Assembly (NCBI RefSeq): GCF_963920835.1
Contig: NZ_CAWUDP010000039.1
Coordinates: 1-32,000 of the forward strand
Direction of reading: 5' to 3'
Source of the DNA: Scytonema sp. PCC 10023
GTDB lineage: Bacteria; Cyanobacteriota; Cyanobacteriia; Cyanobacteriales; Nostocaceae
DNA length: 32,000 nucleotides
The position numbers and the translations under genes are program-made. Below are positions 17,487-23,669 of this stretch, one piece after another; within the stretch, counting starts at the first letter, position 1; every line of letters starts with the position of its first letter. The notes under the pieces were generated by a model, which was not told where the DNA came from, did no database searches, and saw nothing but the letters and a program-made list of their open reading frames with translations.

Positions 17487-18441
17487 GAAGTCTCAGGAAA
17501 CAGAAATAGTAGAGCAAGAGACTCATTCTCCAATAGCAAAGCCACACTCTGCGGTTTATTACAGCATTACCCATGCACTTCCAACCAGAGTAGGATTTTG
17601 CATTCCTCGGATATCCGAAGACCGAGAATATGTGCAGCGCTTGCAGAATTTGCTCGCTTGTGAGCCTTGGATAATCACTCAGCAAATCAATTACATGGCA
17701 GGGTCTATTGTCATTACTTACAAATCTGGTATTATGTCAGATTCTGAGATTCGTCTGTATTTGGCTAATCTGATTCAATCTGCCAGCAACCCAGAAGAGA
17801 CAATGCCAGCAACCGAAAAGCCAGTGATTTCATCCTCTGTATCTCAAAGAGCCACTCGTAAGAGCGTTGTACAAGAAAAAGAGAATGGTTATGAAACTGT
17901 GAGTGCGGGCGTCTCGTCTGATCCCCGATCAGTTGGGATGGGAGTATCCCTGCAATCCAAATCAGAGAGGGCGGGAGTATCCCTAGGATTGGAATTAAAA
18001 GGGGCGGGCAAGATGCCCCGAAGTTCCGATCGGAGGAAACCTCCGCTCGGACTTCTCTCCACCCCACAAGACCAGTTCAATCATGATGTTGGCAAGACTC
18101 ATGAAACAGTAAAGCAACCAGCAACAGTGACGTATAGCATTGCTCATGCAATTCCAGGGCGAGTACGTTTTCGCGTGCCTCGAATAGCTAAAGACTCAAA
18201 ATACGTCCAACGGTTGGAGGCGTTGCTCAAAGCAGATCCTGTCGTCACTGGCGAGCACCCCTTCGGGGCGAGCGTGCGCTATCGCGTTAATAACGCGGCA
18301 GCCTCGATAGTGATTACCTACAAGCCTGGAGCAATGCTCAATTCCCAAAAGCGTTCTTTGAGCCTTTTGGAACAAGCCATATCATATCTATCGAATCTGA
18401 TTCAATCTGCTGCTGGGGATACTGTTGTTGCCATAAATTAG
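17446..18441 (+). CDS. Protein with two HMA_2-type modules joined by a repeat-derived linker
   Basis: GGAGGA (17435-17440) precedes the ATG. The ORF overlaps the upstream ORF by 41 nt. Module 3 at about 17551-17784 is degenerate (HALPTRVGFCIPR). Module 4 at about 18121-18411 (YSIAHAIPGRVRFRVPRIAKDSKYVQRLEALLKADP...AAASIVITY). Confidence 0.7.
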   Translation: MAGSTSQLTLHSSKKSQETEIVEQETHSPIAKPHSAVYYSITHALPTRVGFCIPRISEDREYVQRLQNLLACEPWIITQQINYMAGSIVITYKSGIMSDSEIRLYLANLIQSASNPEETMPATEKPVISSSVSQRATRKSVVQEKENGYETVSAGVSSDPRSVGMGVSLQSKSERAGVSLGLELKGAGKMPRSSDRRKPPLGLLSTPQDQFNHDVGKTHETVKQPATVTYSIAHAIPGRVRFRVPRIAKDSKYVQRLEALLKADPVVTGEHPFGASVRYRVNNAAASIVITYKPGAMLNSQKRSLSLLEQAISYLSNLIQSAAGDTVVAIN

Positions 18442-18508
18442 CCAGAAGATAGGCAAGCCGTCGCTTGAAAGTAGGATGTATGGGTGTCAGGAAATAGGGT
18501 AGCTTTAA

Positions 18509-18622
18509 CAGTTATCAGTTATCAGTTACCAGTTATCAGTATTTTCAGTTATCAGTGACCAGTTATCAGTGACCAATTTCTCTTCACTGTTCACTGGTAA
18601 CTGTTCACTGTTTACTGATTCG
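18509..18622. repeat. STRR-type heptamer array (CAGTTAT/CAGTGAC) followed by its inverted counterpart (TTCACTG)
   Basis: Tandem heptamers read directly from the sequence. Left arm cagtgaccagttatcagtgac versus the reverse complement of the right arm, cagtgaacagttaccagtgaa, gives 18 of 21 matches, so an imperfect long hairpin is possible. Confidence 0.7.
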
Positions 18623-18760
18623 TCCCCCACCCGCCAGTCGCCTACGGAGGGAAACCCTCCTGCAGCGCTGGCTCCCCTTAATGCACCCTATCTGTGTCTT
18701 GCACAGCAGGCTTTGAAAATTCAATTTGAACAATTTTTGTATGAGAGAGAAGAAGAAGAA

Positions 18761-21019
18761 ATGGCAGAAGTTAGTGTGCAAATACCGCCCTCCCGAGGTT
18801 ATGTTTCCGAAGTCGCTGTAGCAGCAAAAAATGGGAAGGGTTCTTTAGTTGAGAGGAATGGACACTCACAGGTTCAGTCTCCCAAAGTTCCATGCAGCCT
18901 TGTGCATACGACCCCGGGAAGGATGAGGTTGCGAGTACCTCGCCTGCGTTCTGATGCGGACTATGCACAACGCCTGCAAGTGTTGTTGGAAGCTGACTCC
19001 CTTGTCACAAGTGTTCGGATCAAGCCTGCGGCGGCGTCACTGACAGTCACTTATCAACCCAACAAAGTTTCAGATGCTAAGATACGTTCGCATCTGAGCT
19101 ATTTGATCCAAGCGGCTAGTGAAGTCATCGTTCTCAAACAATCCAAGCCACAACCTGCGTCCGATGAAGAAGAAAAATCTTGGCCTGGGATGCAACTTTC
19201 GGCTATAGCTACCGCTTTAGCTGTGTTGGGTGGACCGCTGGGATTTACTATTCCACCTCTGATGGTAGCGGGAAGTATAGCCCTTGCCACATTACCCGTT
19301 GTTAAACGAGCTTGGGAGGGGATCTGGGTTGACCGCAAACTGAATATTGACTTTCTGGATTTTATGGCGATCGCCATTACCACAGTCCAAGGTCAATTTC
19401 TCACCCCTGCACTGATGCTGAGTTTGATTGAAGTTGGGGAAAACATACGCGATCGCACGGCTCGTTCTTCGGCTAAGCAAACTCTGGATCTGCTCAGTTC
19501 TCTCGGACAGTTCGTCTGGGTTGAGCGTGACGGTGAAAAGGTGCAAATTCCCATTCAAGATGTCCAGCGAGGGGATACGGTGATTGTTTACCCTGGCGAA
19601 CAAGTGCCGGTGGATGGGACAATCCTGCGCGGTAAAGCGCTGCTGGATGAGCAGAAACTCACCGGTGAGTCGATGCCGGTTTTGAAGAAAAAGGGACAAA
19701 CCGTTTATGCTTCAACCCTGATGCGGGAGGGACGAATTTATATTTCGGCGGAACGGATAGGTAACGACACCTGTGCTGGACAGAGCATTAAGTTAATGCA
19801 AGAAGCTCCTGTCCACGATACCCGCATGGAAAACTATGCCTTGAACATTGCTCAAAAAGCTGTCGTGCCAACATTGCTACTGGGTGGGGCAGTATTTGCC
19901 GCAACCCGTAACCCAGCACGCGCTGCCAGTGTCCTGACCCTGGACTTTGCCACTGGAATTCGTGTATCAGTTCCAACTACGGTTTTGGCAGCACTAACTT
20001 ATGCAGCACGGCGCGGTGTTCTGATTCGTAGCGGACGCGCCTTAGAAAAACTCGCAGAAGTTGACACCATTGTGTTTGATAAGACAGGCACACTCACGAA
20101 AGGTGAAGTGGATGTTGTTGGTGTCGAAAGTCTGAATCCGGCAACGTCAACGACGCGAGTCCTGGAACTGGCTGCTGCTGCGGAACAGCGTTTAACTCAC
20201 CCAGTGGCAGAGGCAATTGTGCGCTATGCCCAAACCCAGGGAATCGAAGTTCTGCCCCGTAGCAAGTGGGATTATCAACTTGGTCTGGGCGTGAAAGCAC
20301 AAATTGACGGCGAGACTGTTTATGTGGGGAGCGAGCGCTTTCTGCGTACTGAAGGCGTGGAGATGAATCTTAATGGTCACCAAAAACAGGCAAAATCACT
20401 GATTTATGTCGCGAGTAATGGTCAACTTCAAGGTAGAATAGAGTATAGTGACATACTTCGTCCCGAAAGTCGAGAAGTAATCACATCGCTGTTGACAGTC
20501 GAAGGTGTGGAAGTCCACATGCTGACTGGAGACAACAAGCGGACTGCTAGCGCTGTTGCTGCTCAATTAGGAATTCATCCGACGCATACCCACGCAGAAG
20601 CTTTTCCTGAACAGAAAGCAACGGTTGTCCGCGAACTGCACGAACAAGGCAAGACAGTTGCATTTGTTGGCGATGGCATCAATGATTCGCCAGCTTTAGC
20701 TTATGCTGATGTTTCCGTTTCCTTCGCCAACGGTTCTGAAATTGCCCGCGAAACTGCGGACGTAGTGCTGATGCAGAATGACTTGCATGGTTTGTTGGAG
20801 GCAATTGAAATTGCCCGCAAAGCTAGGCAGTTGATTCGGCAAAACACTGGTCTGATCGCCGTTCCTAACATAGGGGCATTGTTGATAGCAGTTTTGTTTG
20901 GTCTTAACCCCTTAGCAGCAACAGTCGTTAACAATGGTTCGACAGTCGTTGCAGGAGTCAATGGTTTGCGCCCAATTCTTAAAAGCCGCAAGCAAAAAAC
21001 TCTACCATCAGTAGGATGA
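18761..21019 (+). CDS. P1B-like P-type ATPase with N-terminal HMA_2-type module and no CPx transmembrane motif
   Basis: TGES (A domain), DKTGT (20078-20092), HP (RLTHPVAEA), MLTGDN and GDGINDSPAL. N-terminal module at about 18887-19120 (SLVHTTPGRMRLRVPRLRSDADYAQRLQVLLEAD...AAASLTVTY). ATG 18761 is preferred because 18569-18760 is repeat DNA. Confidence 0.85.
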   Translation: MAEVSVQIPPSRGYVSEVAVAAKNGKGSLVERNGHSQVQSPKVPCSLVHTTPGRMRLRVPRLRSDADYAQRLQVLLEADSLVTSVRIKPAAASLTVTYQPNKVSDAKIRSHLSYLIQAASEVIVLKQSKPQPASDEEEKSWPGMQLSAIATALAVLGGPLGFTIPPLMVAGSIALATLPVVKRAWEGIWVDRKLNIDFLDFMAIAITTVQGQFLTPALMLSLIEVGENIRDRTARSSAKQTLDLLSSLGQFVWVERDGEKVQIPIQDVQRGDTVIVYPGEQVPVDGTILRGKALLDEQKLTGESMPVLKKKGQTVYASTLMREGRIYISAERIGNDTCAGQSIKLMQEAPVHDTRMENYALNIAQKAVVPTLLLGGAVFAATRNPARAASVLTLDFATGIRVSVPTTVLAALTYAARRGVLIRSGRALEKLAEVDTIVFDKTGTLTKGEVDVVGVESLNPATSTTRVLELAAAAEQRLTHPVAEAIVRYAQTQGIEVLPRSKWDYQLGLGVKAQIDGETVYVGSERFLRTEGVEMNLNGHQKQAKSLIYVASNGQLQGRIEYSDILRPESREVITSLLTVEGVEVHMLTGDNKRTASAVAAQLGIHPTHTHAEAFPEQKATVVRELHEQGKTVAFVGDGINDSPALAYADVSVSFANGSEIARETADVVLMQNDLHGLLEAIEIARKARQLIRQNTGLIAVPNIGALLIAVLFGLNPLAATVVNNGSTVVAGVNGLRPILKSRKQKTLPSVG

Positions 21020-21090
21020 GATAGCTGTCCTAACGATAGTACGATTGTAGACTTTCTAAAATTTTTCAATTCATCAGGAGGAAAATAGTC

Positions 21091-21399
21091 ATGGGATTTA
21101 AAATTACTGACTTTGTTGAAGACGCTGGCGCACCTGGTATTATAGCCGGTATTGGAGCAGTACTTTTAGCACCTGTAGTGATTCCGGTCGTGGCTGGCGT
21201 TGGTAAACCAATAACCAAGTCACTGATTAAAGGCGGACTTGCTCTGTATGAAAAAAGCAAGGGAGCCGTTGCAGAACTTGGCGAAAGTTGGGAGGACATT
21301 GTAGCTGAAGCCAGAGCAGAACTGGCTGAAGGAAGACAGCTACCAGCAGTTGATGTTGCAAGTACCTCTGCTGACAATGTTTCTGATAACGGTATGTAA
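21091..21399 (+). CDS. DUF5132-like small membrane protein
   Basis: AGGAGG (21076-21081) lies 9 nt upstream of the ATG. The Gly/Ala-rich TM segment GAPGIIAGIGAVLLAPVVIPVVAGVG contains a GxxxG, followed by an amphipathic acidic tail. Confidence 0.65.
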   Translation: MGFKITDFVEDAGAPGIIAGIGAVLLAPVVIPVVAGVGKPITKSLIKGGLALYEKSKGAVAELGESWEDIVAEARAELAEGRQLPAVDVASTSADNVSDNGM

Positions 21400-21414
21400 T
21401 TTCCAGTCATTTCT

Positions 21415-21496
21415 TGTTCCCTGGTTCAGCCAGGGAACATTCAAGGAAATTCGTAATTCGTCATGATTTTCTACTTAATGACGAATTACGAATTCC
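21415..21496 (+). promoter_or_regulatory. Two strong intercistronic stem-loops
   Basis: Hairpin 1: tgttccctgg ttcag ccagggaaca (21415-21439). Hairpin 2: a 17-bp perfect stem aattcgtaattcgtcat / atgacgaattacgaatt with a 13-nt loop (within 21445-21496), built from AATTCGT heptamers. Confidence 0.6.
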
Positions 21497-21516
21497 TAAA
21501 TTAGGAGGGTAGTTAA

Positions 21517-22095
21517 GTGTTAAAAAATGGTTATATGAATCTCACTCAAATGCCAAAAATTATTGATGAAAACTCTATAAAAACTGCATTTAAACCTATA
21601 TCTACGCGGGTTGTCAGTTCTACCCCAGGACGCTTGCGTTTGAGAGTTGCACCGTCCCATCGTCAATCTGGGGAAATGCAACGAATTGCTAATGCACTAC
21701 AAGCAAATCCTAATATTAATCAGGTGCGGACTAATATCCAGAATGGCAGTATTGTTATAAATCATGATGGTGAAAATGGAAGCCTTGACAATGTTTTCGC
21801 CTCGCTGCGGGATTTAGGCATTATTTTCGGTGATATCGCATTAGGAAAGTCCCAAGCAGCAGTAGGAGTTTCCAATGCAGTTGTTGATTTGAACAAGCAA
21901 GTCCAACAAGCGACAAGTAATGTTGTTGATTTGCGCGTTCTTTTTCCTTTAGGACTGGGTATCTTTTCTATTCGGCAGTTACTTGTTAGGGGATTGCAAT
22001 TAGAAACGATTCCTTGGTATGTGTTGGCTTGGTATGCCTTTGATAGTTTTATTAAGTTGCACGGCACAAGTCAAGCACAATCCACAAGGGATTAA
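21517..22095 (+). CDS. HMA_2-type module protein with C-terminal hydrophobic region
   Basis: AGGAGG (21503-21508) precedes GTG 21517. Module 6 at about 21595-21825 (VVSSTPGRLRLRVAPSHRQSGEMQRIANALQANP...GSIVINH). C-terminal LFPLGLGIFSIRQLL...IPWYVLAWYAF. Confidence 0.65.
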   Translation: MLKNGYMNLTQMPKIIDENSIKTAFKPISTRVVSSTPGRLRLRVAPSHRQSGEMQRIANALQANPNINQVRTNIQNGSIVINHDGENGSLDNVFASLRDLGIIFGDIALGKSQAAVGVSNAVVDLNKQVQQATSNVVDLRVLFPLGLGIFSIRQLLVRGLQLETIPWYVLAWYAFDSFIKLHGTSQAQSTRD

Positions 22096-22157
22096 AAGGT
22101 GGGGGTTAGGTTTTTCGTCGTTTTCCACATGGCGTGAAAAGTCAGCCCTTGTAGACG

Positions 22158-22187
22158 TGTAGAGACGTTGCATGCAACGTCTCTACA
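22158..22187. terminator. Perfect 30-nt palindrome between convergent operons; candidate bidirectional terminator or dispersed repeat
   Basis: tgtagagacgttgca / tgcaacgtctctaca are exact reverse complements. It lies between the stops at 22095 (+) and 22236 (-). Confidence 0.5.
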
Positions 22188-22235
22188 AAGGTTATGGTTT
22201 TTGCAAATTGTCTTATCGGCAACCGTATTGCTTTA

Positions 22236-23582
22236 TCAGGTATCCAAACGGATCACTCTGCTCTCTGCATCCCCATCTACGGTCAATCTGTAAATAAACA
22301 TACCTGACGGCAAACGTTCCCCTGAATCGTTTGTTCCGTCCCAGACGACTGATTTGGAACCTGCACCTGGATTGATTTCATCAACTAGTGTGCGGACTTG
22401 CGTTCCGAATCGGTTCCAAATATTGATTGTGGCTCGTTTGGTATTGTCCGGGATTGTGTATTCAATTGTCAGCTCACGCTCAAACCGCGCAGGTGCATTT
22501 GTAAGCAGAAACGCGGTTGGTGGCACCGCTTCTCGATCAGCAGCGAAGGCTACAGGTGCCTCAGCATACTTGTAAACTGTTGCGCCTGAAGCGTAACCGA
22601 TGGTCACAGGGTTGCCAAGGAATCGGAATCGATTAATGAATCTACCGATTTCATTGGCATCTTCCCAGTTTTCGCCGCCGTCTTTTGTTTGGCTGCTATA
22701 ACCTCCTCGGAAATTTTCATCTCCCCAGCCGCCAACCCAACCGCGACTCTCATCAATAAATCCGATTCCTTCTAGATTGGCATTGCCTTGAGGATCGTTA
22801 ACAGGAAGCCTTTTCCAGGTCTTGCCCCCATCTGTTGTCTTCACAATTGCACCTTGTTTGAAATTTTCCAGAGAGACAAAGCCAATCTCGTCATTCAGGA
22901 ATTGAATTTTCCAACCCCATTCTCCTAAGGGAAAAGAAGAGCGAATATCTTCGACGCGATTTTCCCAGGTTTTTCCACCATCTTCTGTATAAAGAACAAC
23001 TGGGATGACATCGTCACGAGTTGGGTTGGAAATACTTTTGTCAGCTTTCCCACCGACAACCCAGCCACGCTCTGGACTAGTGAAATATGTATCAATCAAG
23101 ATAGTGGCATATTCGCTCATATCCCACGCGGTCCACGTTGCTCCACCATCAACCGTTTTCATCATGCGGGCGGGGATATCAAGAGGATCGTTGGTGCCGG
23201 AAGCGTAAATGACCGATTCATTGACTACCGAAAGACCACAAATCTTCACCGGAGCGTTTTCAGGGAGATTCTCTACACCAGTCCAAGTCTCCCCTCCATC
23301 AGTTGTGTGATAAAGGCGTTGCTCCGGAGATACTGTTCCAACCCAACCATTTAAGGGGGTTGTAAAACCAACGCACCTCAACCAAACTCCTCGATTCGTA
23401 CCTGGAGTAATAGGTGTTTGGAATTGTTGCTTCCAGTTAACGCCGCCATCGGTGGTTTTCAAAATTTTACCGTCGCTATTTACTGCCCAACCAGTGGAAG
23501 CGTTAATAAACCAAATATCGTCGTATCTTCTTTGAGACGGAGCATTCGTGGGGAACCACTGAAAACCTGAAGAATTCGTCAT
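22236..23582 (-). CDS. BNR/Ycf48-like beta-propeller protein with C-terminal FlgD-Ig-like domain
   Basis: Six DGGxxW Asp-box repeats (TTDGGVNW, TTDGGETW, TVDGGATW, TEDGGKTW, TTDGGKTW, TKDGGENW). The C-terminal segment VVWDGTNDSGERLPSGMFIYRL is FlgD/T9SS-sorting-like. No obvious signal peptide. Confidence 0.7.
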   Translation of the reverse strand: MTNSSGFQWFPTNAPSQRRYDDIWFINASTGWAVNSDGKILKTTDGGVNWKQQFQTPITPGTNRGVWLRCVGFTTPLNGWVGTVSPEQRLYHTTDGGETWTGVENLPENAPVKICGLSVVNESVIYASGTNDPLDIPARMMKTVDGGATWTAWDMSEYATILIDTYFTSPERGWVVGGKADKSISNPTRDDVIPVVLYTEDGGKTWENRVEDIRSSFPLGEWGWKIQFLNDEIGFVSLENFKQGAIVKTTDGGKTWKRLPVNDPQGNANLEGIGFIDESRGWVGGWGDENFRGGYSSQTKDGGENWEDANEIGRFINRFRFLGNPVTIGYASGATVYKYAEAPVAFAADREAVPPTAFLLTNAPARFERELTIEYTIPDNTKRATINIWNRFGTQVRTLVDEINPGAGSKSVVWDGTNDSGERLPSGMFIYRLTVDGDAESRVIRLDT

Positions 23583-23669
23583 GACAAAAATTTCTCCTTT
23601 TCAAGTTGGATTATGTTTGACCTTAAACATAAACTTTTGTGAACTGCTTACGATCCGAGGATGATCGCG

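Noticed and set aside
18509-18622. Possible CRISPR array, because of regular short repeats
   Set aside because: The repeat unit is only 7 nt with no spacers. This is an STRR-type heptamer array, not CRISPR. No cas genes are in the window.
18569-18760. N-terminal 64-codon extension of the ATPase ORF (non-ATG start at 18569)
   Set aside because: This stretch consists of heptamer tandem repeats and a dispersed 25-nt repeat. The peptide (FSSLFTGNCSLFTDSS...) looks repeat-encoded. ATG 18761 gives a sensible N-terminus.
21066-21410. 114-aa minus-strand ORF antisense to the DUF5132-like gene
   Set aside because: It is a mirror ORF with Ala/Ser/Thr/Pro-rich low-complexity translation and no RBS. 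The plus-strand ORF has an AGGAGG RBS and a recognisable family pattern.
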